Shown: piece after piece, positions 39,113 to 49,267 of the stretch
How positions within the stretch are numbered: the stretch's first letter is position 1
Layout of the letters: the number at the start of each line of letters is the position of its first letter
DNA from: Terriglobia bacterium
GTDB lineage: Bacteria; Acidobacteriota; Terriglobia; 20CM-2-55-15
NCBI GenBank assembly: GCA_965198225.1
Contig: CBDAOY010000007.1
Span: 480,001 to 544,000 of the forward strand
Length of the DNA: 64,000 bases
Reading direction: 5' to 3'
The notes under the pieces: generated by a model
What the model was told of the DNA's origin: nothing
Databases searched by the model: none
What the model saw: the letters and a program-made list of their open reading frames with translations, nothing else
Program-made: the position numbers and the translations under genes

Positions 39113-40083
39113 GCCGCATGAACATGATCGAGGCCCTCAACGACGCCCTCCATGTCGGAATGCGTGAGAACGACGATGTCGTCATGCTCGGTGAGGACGT
39201 TGGCCGCCTGGGTGGTGTTTTCAGGGTCAGCGCCGGGCTGCAGGACGAGTTCGGCGACGACCGGGTCCTGGATACGCCGCTGTCGGAGGCGGGCATCATC
39301 GGCTCGGCAATCGGGATGGCCCTCTACGGCCTGCGACCCGTGGCCGAGATCCAGTTCGCAGACTTCGTGTTTCCTGCGTTCGACCAGATCGTGAACGAAC
39401 TGGCCAAGTACCGCTATCGATCAGGAAATCAGTTCGCCTGTCCCGTCCTGGTTCGCATGCCGGTGGGCGGCGGAATCGGAGGCGGACACTACCATTCCCA
39501 GAGCCCGGAAAGCTACTTCGCGCACACGGCCGGACTTAAGGTCGTGATCCCTTCCAGCCCCTACGACGCGAAGGGACTCCTCCTGGCTGCCCTCGCCGAC
39601 GAGGATCCCGTCGTGTTCCTCGAGCCGAAAAAACTCTACCGCACGACGAGCGACGAGGTTCCAGAGGAGGGCTACACGGTCCCGATCGGCGAGGCTCGAA
39701 CCCTGCGCGAGGGAAGCGACGTCACACTCGTCTGCTACGGAGCGATGGTGCCCCTTGCGGAGCAGGCGGCTGTGGCCGCGGCGGGTGAGAGAATCAGTGT
39801 CGAAGTCCTCGACCTGCGAAGCCTGCTCCCGGTCGACATCGAGGCTCTCGTTCGGTCGGTCGAGAAGACCAGCCGCGTCGTTATCGTCCACGAGGCCCCC
39901 CGAACATGCGGCTACGCCGGCGAGCTTGCATCGCTGATTGTCGAGAAGGCGTTCTGGAGCCTGGACGCGCCGATCATGCGGGTCACGGGATTCGACACAC
40001 CCTTCCCTTATCGTCTCGAAGCCGAATACATGCCGACCCCGGACCGGATCCTGGAAGCCATCCGAACAACGATGACCGTGTAG
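39109..40083 (+). CDS. 2-oxoacid dehydrogenase E1 beta subunit
   Basis: GEDVG, DTPLSE, EIQFADF, HSQSPE. Confidence 0.93.
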   Translation: MSRMNMIEALNDALHVGMRENDDVVMLGEDVGRLGGVFRVSAGLQDEFGDDRVLDTPLSEAGIIGSAIGMALYGLRPVAEIQFADFVFPAFDQIVNELAKYRYRSGNQFACPVLVRMPVGGGIGGGHYHSQSPESYFAHTAGLKVVIPSSPYDAKGLLLAALADEDPVVFLEPKKLYRTTSDEVPEEGYTVPIGEARTLREGSDVTLVCYGAMVPLAEQAAVAAAGERISVEVLDLRSLLPVDIEALVRSVEKTSRVVIVHEAPRTCGYAGELASLIVEKAFWSLDAPIMRVTGFDTPFPYRLEAEYMPTPDRILEAIRTTMTV

Positions 40084-40124
40084 GCAGGCTACGCGGCAGG
40101 CGCCTGAGGCGGACCGAGCTGCTC

Positions 40125-40841
40125 CTACGGTTCGGACTTAAAATCGATCCAGGTTGCCTGCGCGGCACCGCAAAGATCCCCGGACTCTGAGAACAGGGCG
40201 GTGCCGGTGGCGTGTTTTCTCCCGCTGCTGTGGATGTGCCAGCCGATCGTGACACATTTTTCGCCAACCCTTACGGATCGTCCGAGACGAGTGGTCAGCC
40301 GGCCGAGCAGGCGAGTGGCGTGGCCATCGATGGCGAAGAAGCCTGGACAATCCAGAGCGGCCCACCGAAACTCCTCCCGGATTCTGCCGTCTGTGCCGGC
40401 CTGGTGTTCCTCCGGGATCCACGGTGAGGCCACGATGTCTCTGTCCGGAATAGGACTCGGGAAGACATGCATGCCGTCCTCGCGCAACGGGCCGCAGACA
40501 TAGCAATGAGGCAAAGCGTGAAACTCGAAACCTCGGTAGGATCTGGTCGCCGCCGAGGCGACCTCGAAACTCGGCGGCTCGGGTATGTCAATGTCCAGTG
40601 TTGCGGAGCGTGCCTCGGCTACGAGGTCGTCACCGTCCCTCAACGACACTCTGCTTCCGTTCAGCTCGAGATCGAGCGCCCGTTCCAGCGGCGGCGGCTT
40701 GCGCAGCGTGACCTCCGCCACTCCGTCGACGTGCCGGGCCATCGACCCGCACACATAGCCGCCGTTTCCGGAATCCTTCGGCCCGCAATACCGTTTGTCG
40801 ATAATGACCTGGTCTTTCACTGTTCGGGACCGTTCATCCAC
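40125..40841 (-). CDS. Double hot-dog-fold thioesterase-like protein
   Basis: GPKDSGNGGYVCG, CYVCG, WAALDCPG, GRKH. Confidence 0.7.
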   Translation of the reverse strand: MDERSRTVKDQVIIDKRYCGPKDSGNGGYVCGSMARHVDGVAEVTLRKPPPLERALDLELNGSRVSLRDGDDLVAEARSATLDIDIPEPPSFEVASAATRSYRGFEFHALPHCYVCGPLREDGMHVFPSPIPDRDIVASPWIPEEHQAGTDGRIREEFRWAALDCPGFFAIDGHATRLLGRLTTRLGRSVRVGEKCVTIGWHIHSSGRKHATGTALFSESGDLCGAAQATWIDFKSEP

Positions 40842-40904
40842 GTTTCCGCTAGCCGAAACACCCGGGGGCAGGGCCAGGCCCCTGTCCCCCTCACAGTGGC
40901 TCCC

Positions 40905-42338
40905 TCACCGACCGTCGCTCTTAAACGCTTTCGCGATGGCGGCGGTGACTCTGTTGAAATGCTGGCCGAAGCCGCCTCCGATCGAATGACCGAGGCGCGT
41001 GATCACCAGGTCGAGGTCGGGCAGCACCATCACACGCTGGCCGCGGGCACCCGATGCGTAGAAACCGGCTGGCACGACTGCGGCGGTGTTGATCCACCAC
41101 AGGCCGCCATAGTTGCCTTCCGAGGCCGGGGCGGGCGTGGAAACGTAGTCCACCCATCCTTCCGGCAGGATCCGCTTGCCTTCCCACATCCCATCCTGAA
41201 GGTGCAGGAGTCCGAAACGGGCCCAGTCGCGGGCCGTGCCGTAGTCGAAGCCCGTCAGCAGGAAGTTCCCGTGGGGGTCCGGCTCCAGGAGCATGTTCCT
41301 CATCCCGATCTGGTCGAAGAGCGCCCGCTGCGGGAAGGTGAGGTAGCTCTCGCCGCGGGCCTCGACGGTTTCCCGGATGATTTTTCCGAGCGTCAGCGGA
41401 TCGGAGTTTCGGTATCGATAAACCGTGTTCGGCGGAAACTCCGATGGCTTGCCGACCGAGAGCGCGAAGGCGTCGATCGCACCCGCGTAGATGTAGAGGT
41501 GGTCGCTCTCCTTCGTGAAGTAATCCGGTCCGGATAGCCGCTTGAAGTCCAGACCGCTGCTCATGTGGAGCAGGTCGGCGATCGTGATCTCACCGCGCGG
41601 ATCCCCGATGTCGCGCCACTCGGCGACCGGAGCCGGATCGTCGACCTTGAAATGACCGTCGCGAACCAGCAGGCCCACCAGTGCCGCCGTGATGCTCTTG
41701 CCCATCGACCAGCTGACGTGACGGGTGTCCTTGTCGAATCCCCGGGCGTAGCGTTCCGCCAAGATCCGACCCTTGTGCAGGACGAGGAAGGCGCGGGTCT
41801 TGAGCGGTGTTCCACTCGAATCCATCTTTTCAAAGGCCATGTCGACGGCGGCTTCCAGCGCGGCTTCGTCGTATTCGAGAGGCCCTGAGTACGGTTCGAT
41901 GACGTCTCCCATCGGCCAGAGTTGGGTCGTCGGGTCCGGAAGGGCGCTTTTCACTTCAACGGGGGTGAAGAAGACGCCGCTTTCGCCTTCGGGAATCAAC
42001 GTGCAGCCCTGGGATCCGTTGTACACGGCTGTCTTTCGAATCTGACCATCCGGGGTGGACAGTTCGAGAGTCCGGGCTTTCCGGTCAACGGCAACCCCAA
42101 TACTGTCCCAGTCCACACCGATGAACGGGTAGGCATCGTTCCTCAAGTATTCCCGGGCATCCCGTCCTATGACGAACACACCCGAACACGTCAGCTTGGC
42201 GCCGAGCGCGATCGAGATCGCGAGGTCCTGCTGGAGTGCCGTCGCAGGCATCGCATGGCCCAGCCACAGGACGCTCGTAAGCGCGCAAACGAACAGGTTG
42301 CTTAAGCTGTACTTCATCGATTCCCCGGCGACCTTCAA
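40905..42338 (-). CDS. Serine hydrolase (beta-lactamase-like), secreted
   Basis: SWSMGKS, LLHMSSG, TARDWARFG; intact paralog of 28842-30226; start could be 42317. Confidence 0.87.
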   Translation of the reverse strand: MKVAGESMKYSLSNLFVCALTSVLWLGHAMPATALQQDLAISIALGAKLTCSGVFVIGRDAREYLRNDAYPFIGVDWDSIGVAVDRKARTLELSTPDGQIRKTAVYNGSQGCTLIPEGESGVFFTPVEVKSALPDPTTQLWPMGDVIEPYSGPLEYDEAALEAAVDMAFEKMDSSGTPLKTRAFLVLHKGRILAERYARGFDKDTRHVSWSMGKSITAALVGLLVRDGHFKVDDPAPVAEWRDIGDPRGEITIADLLHMSSGLDFKRLSGPDYFTKESDHLYIYAGAIDAFALSVGKPSEFPPNTVYRYRNSDPLTLGKIIRETVEARGESYLTFPQRALFDQIGMRNMLLEPDPHGNFLLTGFDYGTARDWARFGLLHLQDGMWEGKRILPEGWVDYVSTPAPASEGNYGGLWWINTAAVVPAGFYASGARGQRVMVLPDLDLVITRLGHSIGGGFGQHFNRVTAAIAKAFKSDGR

Positions 42339-42434
42339 TATTCCACGATCAGCTGTGGATTCTCATGCCGTCCGAATCCTCGAGTCAAGCAATTAGGCTT
42401 GAAGCACCCGGACGCAACCATCATAATTCGCCCC

Positions 42435-43427
42435 ATGTCGCCCCTCCAACGCTGCCTCCTGTCGACCCTGGTCTTCCTCCTTGCCGGCTGTCAGGCCCGC
42501 GACTCCGAGCGCGGTCCGATTCAAATTCAGATCGGCGCGGTGTCCGCTCCTGGATCCCTCATCTCGAACACCGGCGAGGAGTTGGCACGTCGCATCAACG
42601 AGCGGCTGGAAGGGAGGATCGATGCTACGTTCTTCGGTTCGAGCCAGCTGGGTAACGACGAGGTCATGCTCCAGAAGCTGAAACTCGGAACCGTCGACTT
42701 TTCCATCCCTTCGACGATCATGTCGTCCACCGTCGACGAGTTCGGCTTGTTCGAGATGCCATACCTGGTGCAGGACCGCGAACACATGAAGCGGATTGCC
42801 CAGGAGATCTTCTGGCCGCGCCTGGCGCCCGCATCCGAGGCGAAGGGTTACAAGGTTCTGGCTTTGTGGGAGAACGGTTTTCGACACATCACGAACAACA
42901 GGAGGCCAATCTCGGTTCCCGAGGATCTGGCTGGCGTCAAGCTGCGGACGCCACGCGGGCAGTGGCGCGTGAAACTCTTCCAGACCTTTGGTGCGAATCC
43001 CACACCGATGCCTCTGTCGGAAGTCTTCGTCGCCCTCCAGACCGGCGTCATCGATGGCCAGGAGAACCCTTTTGCGCAGGTTACGAGCTACAAGCTCCAG
43101 GAGGTCCAGACTTATCTTTCCCTGACCAGCCACGTGTACAGTCCAGCCTACCTGCTCACAGGTGTGAACCACTGGAATCAGCTGCCCGAGGACATCCGTC
43201 AGGTGATCGAACAAACCGCGCGGGAGATGGAAGACTTCGTCTATGAAGAAGCCATCCGCCTCGACAACGAGCTCCTGGAAGAGCTCCGGGCTTCGGGTAT
43301 CGAGATCAATCAAGCGGACCGTGACGCCTTCCTCGAGGCGAGCCAGCCCATTTACGAGGAGTTCGGAACCACGGTCGCCGGTGGGGCCGAGATGATCGAA
43401 ACCGCGATGCGACTGGCGATCCCTTAG
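42435..43427 (+). CDS. dctP: TRAP transporter substrate-binding lipoprotein
   Basis: Lipobox LLAGC, ENGFRH, LQTGVIDGQENP. Confidence 0.92.
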   Translation: MSPLQRCLLSTLVFLLAGCQARDSERGPIQIQIGAVSAPGSLISNTGEELARRINERLEGRIDATFFGSSQLGNDEVMLQKLKLGTVDFSIPSTIMSSTVDEFGLFEMPYLVQDREHMKRIAQEIFWPRLAPASEAKGYKVLALWENGFRHITNNRRPISVPEDLAGVKLRTPRGQWRVKLFQTFGANPTPMPLSEVFVALQTGVIDGQENPFAQVTSYKLQEVQTYLSLTSHVYSPAYLLTGVNHWNQLPEDIRQVIEQTAREMEDFVYEEAIRLDNELLEELRASGIEINQADRDAFLEASQPIYEEFGTTVAGGAEMIETAMRLAIP

Positions 43428-43497
43428 CCCGGATTTCTTACTAGAAATCCAGGCTACCGCGTTCACGCGACAGGGGTTGCTGCGACCCAGGCTGCTT

Positions 43498-43568
43498 GTG
43501 TAGGTGCGCTCTATGAGCGCACAAATCTTTCGTATTGACAACTGTGCGGTCATAGACCGCACCTACAC
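43498..43568. repeat. GTAG-type REP doublet
   Basis: Same family, between dctP and dctQ. Confidence 0.9.
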
Positions 43569-43651
43569 ATTCCTGACAACTCTCGCTTTTTGGCGGAATG
43601 ACAAGGGTCGGTGAGGAACGCGGTGGGCGGTCGATCTAGTAGACTGTTCCG

Positions 43652-44155
43652 GTGCGAGCCACCCTCTCAAGCCTTTACCTTCCTTTCCGCCGCTTTCTTG
43701 AGATCGTCGTTCTGATACTGATGACAGCCCTGGCACTGATCGTGGTGGCAGGCGTCGTCTTCAGGAAGGCCGGTGCGGCGCTCGTCTGGTATGACGAAGT
43801 GGCTTCGATCCTGCTGGTTTGGCTGACCTACTACGGTGCCTGCCTGGCTGCACTGGTGCAGGCCCACATCGGGTTTCCGAAACTCGTAAATGCGGCCGGG
43901 CCGAGGCTGCGCGTCCTCCTCACTCTCGTACGAGAGGCCGTGATCGTTGTCTTCTTCCTGGTGGTCGCGTGGGCCGGATGGCGGGTGCTTCTCGTGCTGG
44001 AAGGTACGAACCTGGTGAGCCTGCCCTGGATCCCCACACGGTTGACGCAGTCGGTGATACCCGTCGGAGCGTTGCTTTTCATTGCGGCCGAAATGTTGAG
44101 CTTTTTCTCTGCCCAGGAACCCGCCGATCCGGAGGGTGGAGGAGACGAGGCGTGA
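43652..44155 (+). CDS. dctQ: TRAP transporter small permease
   Basis: 4 TM, VVFR, WYDEVA. Confidence 0.88.
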   Translation: MRATLSSLYLPFRRFLEIVVLILMTALALIVVAGVVFRKAGAALVWYDEVASILLVWLTYYGACLAALVQAHIGFPKLVNAAGPRLRVLLTLVREAVIVVFFLVVAWAGWRVLLVLEGTNLVSLPWIPTRLTQSVIPVGALLFIAAEMLSFFSAQEPADPEGGGDEA

Positions 44156-45435
44156 CCCTCCTGCTGCTCTTCGTCGGCTTACTCTTCCTTGTTCTGATCG
44201 ACGTTCCGATCGCGATCGCTCTGGGCGCCGTTGCCATGGCAGCCATGGCGGCCGCAGGAGGGATCGACTCGCTGCCGAACGTCGCCCTGGTCCTGTTTGA
44301 TGGAGCCCGCAAGTTCACGCTGATCGCTATCCCTCTCTTCATCCTCGCCGGCGCGATCATGAACGCTTCGGGAATCTCGCGGCGGTTGATTGCGTTCGCG
44401 TCGGCGTTGCTCGGCTTTGTCCGTGGGGGCCTGGCGATGGTGACGATCGGGACGTCGCTGTTTTTCGCGGAGATTTCCGGTTCCGCCGTTGCGGACGTCG
44501 CCGCGCTGGGCTCGATCCTGATTCCGGCGATGAAGCGGAAGGGATATACCACCCCCTTCGCGGCAGCGGTCACCTCCTCGGCGTCGACGCTGGCCGTGAT
44601 CATCCCACCGTCAATGCCGATGATCCTGTATGCCGTGATGTCGGGTAGCTCCGTCGTTGAACTGTTTGTTGCCGGGATCATTCCCGGCGTTCTCGGCGCC
44701 GTGCTGATGATGGGTGTGGCGCACTTCATTTCTATCCGCCACAACTTCCCGGTCGAAGAAGTCTTCCAGATCAAGCGGGTCGTCCAGACCTTCAAGGAGG
44801 CCGTCTGGGCTCTCACACTGCCGATTATCATCCTCGGTGGAATCTTCAGCGGCCTGGTGACGGCGACTGAAGGGGCAGGTCTGGCGGTTGTGGCGGCGAT
44901 CGTCATCGGCACCCTCATCTACCGGGAGCTGGACTGGACGCGGCTGCGGGAATCGATGGTGGAGGGCGGCCGGCAGACAGCAGTCGTGATGCTTCTGGTG
45001 GCGACCTCCGCGTTGCTTGGGGACTACCTGACCTCAATGCGGGTTCCGCAAGGTGCGGCAGAGGGGATCATCGGGCTGACGGACAATCCGCTCATCATCA
45101 TGGCCCTGCTCAACGTCTTCTTCCTCGCGGTGGGCCTCTTTCTACACTCCGCGGCCGCGATTATCCTCGTCGTCCCCATCGTGATGCCGCTGGTCCTGGC
45201 TGCCGGCATCGATCCCGTGCACTTCGGTCTGGTCGTCACACTGAATCTCGGAATCGGGCAGCAGACCCCGCCCGTCGCGAGTGTTCTGGTGACGGCCTGC
45301 TCGATCGCCAAAGCCGACGTCTGGGAAGTCACGAAGGTGAACGTCTACTTCATCGCCGTCCTTTTCGGAGTCCTTCTCCTCGTCAGCTACGTTCCCGCGA
45401 TTCCGCTGGTCCTCGTGGATTTCTTCTACAGGTAG
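44152..45435 (+). CDS. dctM: TRAP transporter large permease
   Basis: AIPLFILAG, ISGSAVAD, IIPPS, GIDPVHFG, TPPV; GTGA overlap with dctQ. Confidence 0.92.
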   Translation: MTLLLLFVGLLFLVLIDVPIAIALGAVAMAAMAAAGGIDSLPNVALVLFDGARKFTLIAIPLFILAGAIMNASGISRRLIAFASALLGFVRGGLAMVTIGTSLFFAEISGSAVADVAALGSILIPAMKRKGYTTPFAAAVTSSASTLAVIIPPSMPMILYAVMSGSSVVELFVAGIIPGVLGAVLMMGVAHFISIRHNFPVEEVFQIKRVVQTFKEAVWALTLPIIILGGIFSGLVTATEGAGLAVVAAIVIGTLIYRELDWTRLRESMVEGGRQTAVVMLLVATSALLGDYLTSMRVPQGAAEGIIGLTDNPLIIMALLNVFFLAVGLFLHSAAAIILVVPIVMPLVLAAGIDPVHFGLVVTLNLGIGQQTPPVASVLVTACSIAKADVWEVTKVNVYFIAVLFGVLLLVSYVPAIPLVLVDFFYR

Positions 45436-45690
45436 CGGTACGGGCAATCCTTGGTTTCGAGCAGGTGTGCGCTGACAACAACGTACGTGAAAGAGCCAAT
45501 GTGAGGGGGACAGGGGTATAGCCCTGTCCCCGGGTCTTCGTTGAGCAGAAAAGTTGGCGAAACGGCAGGCGTTCGCCGGAACCGGATACCTGTAAGTGGG
45601 GGCACGTTGTGGTCCACGTTGACCAAGCCGCTTCGGACCCGGTAAGATTTTCTAGCCCTGCCCGTTTTTCCCAGCATCAAGGAGGATCGA

Positions 45691-47646
45691 TTGTTGATTT
45701 CGAGAAAAGTACTGTTTGGCAACCCGGAAAAGGCGCATGCGCGCATCAGCCCGGACGGGACGCAACTTGCCTACCTGGCGCCCGTGGACGGTGTGCTCAA
45801 CGTCTGGGTCGGACCCGCCGGAGACCCATCGGCCGCGCAACCGGTGACAAAGGACACCCATCGTGGAATTCGTTCATTTTTCTGGGCATACACGAGCGCC
45901 CACGTCCTCTATCCCCAGGACAAGGATGGCGACGAGGATTGGCACATCTACAGCGTGAATCTCGAAACCGGCGAGATCAGAGATCTGACCCCGATCGAGA
46001 AGATTGCTGCGCGGATCCAGGAAGTGAGCCACAAGTCTCCCGAAGAGGTTCTGGTTGGGATTAATGATCGAGGCGAGCGGCAACTCCACGACGTTTACCG
46101 CGTGAACATCGTGACCGGTGACCGCGTAATGGTGCAGGAGAACCCCGGCTTTGCCGGTTTCATGACCGATGACGATTACCGCGTGCGGTTTGCGCTGACA
46201 ATGACTCCCGACGCTGGGCATCTGTACCTGAAGCCCGACCCCGAGGCCGGTTGGAAGGAGTTCGCGCGGATCGACCCCGTCGATTCGATGACGACCCAGC
46301 CGGTCGGCTTCGACAAGACCGGAGATCGCTACTACATGCTCGACAGCCGCGACCGGGACAAGGGTGCGTTAAAGGTCGTCGAATTGGAGACCGGTCGCGA
46401 AGAACTCCTGGCCGAAAGCGACCTGGCCGATATCGATGGCGTCATCGTCCATCCCACGGAGAAGACGGTTCAAGCCATCACGTCCACGCATGCCCGTCAA
46501 CAGTTGACGGTACTCGACCCCTCGATCCAGCCGGATATCGACTACCTGGAAACCGTTGCTGCCGGCGAACTCAAGATCACGAGTCGGACCTTGGACGATC
46601 AACTCTGGACGGTGGCCTTCCTGATGGACGACGGGCCGCTGCGTTTCTACCTCTACGACCGCGAAGCGAAGTTCGCGAAGTTTCTCTTCACGACCCAGCC
46701 GGAACTGGAGGACCTCCCCCTGGTCATGATGCATTCCGAGGTCATCGAGGCGCGGGACGGTCTGGAACTCGTCGTGTATCTCTCGCTGCCGACTGCGAGT
46801 GACCCCGAAAACGGGGGTCGGCCGTCTTCACCTCTGCCGATGGTGCTCTACGTTCACGGCGGACCATGGGCCCGGGACGACTGGGGGTACACGCCGAATC
46901 ACCAGTGGCTGGCGAACCGGGGCTACGCCGTCCTCTCGGTGAACTATCGAGGTTCGACCGGGTTCGGGAAGAGTTTCATCAACAAAGCGGACAAGGAATG
47001 GGCCGCCTCGATGCACGACGACCTGATCGATGCCCTCGACTGGGCCGTCGAGCAGAAGATCGCCGATCGCGACCGCATCGCGATCATGGGGGGAAGCTAC
47101 GGAGGGTACGCGACTCTGGTCGGGGTTACCTTTACCCCGAGCGTGTTCAGATGCGGTGTCGACATAGTCGGTCCATCGAACCTGATCACGATGATGGAGA
47201 ACCCCCCGCCGTACTGGGTACCGTTGATGCCGATCATGAAGAACCGCGTCGGAGATTTCACCGATGAGGACGGCCGCGAGTTCCTGAAGTCGCGTTCACC
47301 CCTCACTTTCGTCGACCGGATCCAACGACCGCTGCTCATCGCCCAGGGCAAACATGACCCGCGCGTCAAACAGGCCGAATCCGACCAGATCGTGGCCGCA
47401 ATGAACGAGAAGGACATTCCGGTCAGCTACATGCTTTTCACCGAAGAGGGCCACGGTTTCGCGAAACCCGAGAACCGCCAGGCGTTCTTCGCGGTCGCCG
47501 AGGCTTTTCTCGCGAAGCATCTTGGCGGAGAGTACGAACCCATCGGTGACGCATTCGAAGGCGCCGCGTTCGAGGTATCGAGCGGAACCGATGGCGTCCC
47601 CGGTCTGGAAGATGCCCTGAAGGAGATGGAAGCCTCGCCATCGTAG
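45691..47646 (+). CDS. S9-family (acylaminoacyl/dipeptidyl) peptidase
   Basis: HGGPW, NYRGSTGFG, GGSYGG, DPRV, EGHG. Confidence 0.92.
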   Translation: MLISRKVLFGNPEKAHARISPDGTQLAYLAPVDGVLNVWVGPAGDPSAAQPVTKDTHRGIRSFFWAYTSAHVLYPQDKDGDEDWHIYSVNLETGEIRDLTPIEKIAARIQEVSHKSPEEVLVGINDRGERQLHDVYRVNIVTGDRVMVQENPGFAGFMTDDDYRVRFALTMTPDAGHLYLKPDPEAGWKEFARIDPVDSMTTQPVGFDKTGDRYYMLDSRDRDKGALKVVELETGREELLAESDLADIDGVIVHPTEKTVQAITSTHARQQLTVLDPSIQPDIDYLETVAAGELKITSRTLDDQLWTVAFLMDDGPLRFYLYDREAKFAKFLFTTQPELEDLPLVMMHSEVIEARDGLELVVYLSLPTASDPENGGRPSSPLPMVLYVHGGPWARDDWGYTPNHQWLANRGYAVLSVNYRGSTGFGKSFINKADKEWAASMHDDLIDALDWAVEQKIADRDRIAIMGGSYGGYATLVGVTFTPSVFRCGVDIVGPSNLITMMENPPPYWVPLMPIMKNRVGDFTDEDGREFLKSRSPLTFVDRIQRPLLIAQGKHDPRVKQAESDQIVAAMNEKDIPVSYMLFTEEGHGFAKPENRQAFFAVAEAFLAKHLGGEYEPIGDAFEGAAFEVSSGTDGVPGLEDALKEMEASPS

Positions 47647-47676
47647 TTTCGAAGGCTGGATTCCAAGCTGCTCGAG

Positions 47677-48468
47677 ATGAGTCACCACAGCGCAGTCGAA
47701 CTGGATGCGGCCTCCGTCCGATTCGGCGGCTATCCGGCCATCGACGAGGTTACCTTTACCGTACCCGAAGGCCAGTTCGTCGCCATCGTAGGCCCGACCG
47801 GGTGCGGCAAGTCTTCATTGCTGAACCTGGTTGCCGGTCTACTGCATCCAACCACGGGCACGGTTCGCACGTCCGGCAGCGCGTTCAGCGGTGTGAATCC
47901 GGATGCCGCATATATGTTCCAGCAGGATGCCCTGCTTCCGTGGAAACGGGTCCTGGACAACGTCATGCTCGGGCCCGTTCTCCGCGGCCAGTCCCGCAAG
48001 GATGCCGGCGAGAACGCCCGGCAGTGGATCGATCGGGTGGGCCTGTCCGGGTTCGAGGACCGGTATCCCCACCAGCTCTCGGGTGGACAACGGAGACGGG
48101 TCGCGATGGCTCAGGTCCTGATCAACCGTTTGCCGCTATTGCTGATGGATGAGCCTTTCGGCGCCCTCGACGTGCAGACGCGAGCCCTGATGGAGAACGA
48201 ACTCCTGGAACTCTGGACGGAACTGCGGGCGACAGTGCTGTTCGTCACCCACGATCTCGAAGAGGCAATCGCACTAGCCGACCGTGTCCTGCTGTTTACC
48301 GCCGGCCCGAACGCGCGGGTGAAGGGAGACTTCAAGGTCGATCTGCCGCGTCCGCGCAACGTCATGGAGATCCGGTTCAGTTCGGGATTCTCGGAACTCT
48401 ACGACGGCATCTGGTCGTCGCTCAGACAGGAAGTGTTGGAGAGTTATGAGCGCTCCCGTGCCCACTAA
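47677..48468 (+). CDS. NitT/TauT-family ABC ATPase
   Basis: GPTGCGKS, LSGGQ, LLMDEPF, VTHD. Confidence 0.92.
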   Translation: MSHHSAVELDAASVRFGGYPAIDEVTFTVPEGQFVAIVGPTGCGKSSLLNLVAGLLHPTTGTVRTSGSAFSGVNPDAAYMFQQDALLPWKRVLDNVMLGPVLRGQSRKDAGENARQWIDRVGLSGFEDRYPHQLSGGQRRRVAMAQVLINRLPLLLMDEPFGALDVQTRALMENELLELWTELRATVLFVTHDLEEAIALADRVLLFTAGPNARVKGDFKVDLPRPRNVMEIRFSSGFSELYDGIWSSLRQEVLESYERSRAH

Positions 48469-49267
48469 GATCGGCCTGATTCGCACTCTTCAGGTGGGTC
48501 TCTTCGTTATCCTCGTTGGGACGTGGGAGATAGGTGCACGCGCGGGTGCTCTCGACACCTTCTTCTTTTCGCAACCGTCCGCATTTCTTTCCCGCGTGTG
48601 GACGTGGATCGCGACCGGCCGCGGAACGATCCTGGGGGGACGGACGATCTACCATCACATGCTCGTGACCTTGGAGGAGATGGTCGCCAGTTTCGTCCTC
48701 GGCGTTGTGTTTGGCGTCGCCGTCGGTTTCCTCCTGGGCCGATCCGAATTCTGGTCGCGTGTCTTCAACCCTTACATACAGGTTCTGAACGCGCTTCCGC
48801 GGCTCGTTCTTGCCCCGATTTTTGTCCTGCTACTGGGGATCGACGAGGCCTCGAAGATCGCGCTTGGCTTCTCACTGGTGTTCTTCATCGCTTTCTTCAA
48901 CGCGTACCAGGGTGTACGTGACGTCGACCGCGCTTTCGTGAACAACGCGCGCATGCTCGGGGCCGACAACCGCCAACTCACGTGGCATGTCCTGCTGCCG
49001 TCGGCGATGAGCTGGATCGTGTCGAGCCTGCATACGTCGGTGGGCTTCGCGCTGGTGGGAGCGGTGGTGGGCGAGTACCTTGCGGCCGCGCGAGGGCTCG
49101 GTTGGGTGATCGCACAGGCGCAGGGGAACTTTGATGCGGCTGGAGTTTACGCCGGGATGACGATCCTGTGTATCATCGTCGTGATCGTTGAACTTGGCGT
49201 GACGTGGCTCGAACGTCGCCTCTTAGCGTGGAAACCTTCCCAACAGGGAGGCCTGCTTGCGGCATAG
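48446..49267 (+). CDS. NitT/TauT-family ABC permease
   Basis: LPRLVLAP, ARMLGA, GAVVGEY. Confidence 0.9.
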   Translation: MSAPVPTKIGLIRTLQVGLFVILVGTWEIGARAGALDTFFFSQPSAFLSRVWTWIATGRGTILGGRTIYHHMLVTLEEMVASFVLGVVFGVAVGFLLGRSEFWSRVFNPYIQVLNALPRLVLAPIFVLLLGIDEASKIALGFSLVFFIAFFNAYQGVRDVDRAFVNNARMLGADNRQLTWHVLLPSAMSWIVSSLHTSVGFALVGAVVGEYLAAARGLGWVIAQAQGNFDAAGVYAGMTILCIIVVIVELGVTWLERRLLAWKPSQQGGLLAA

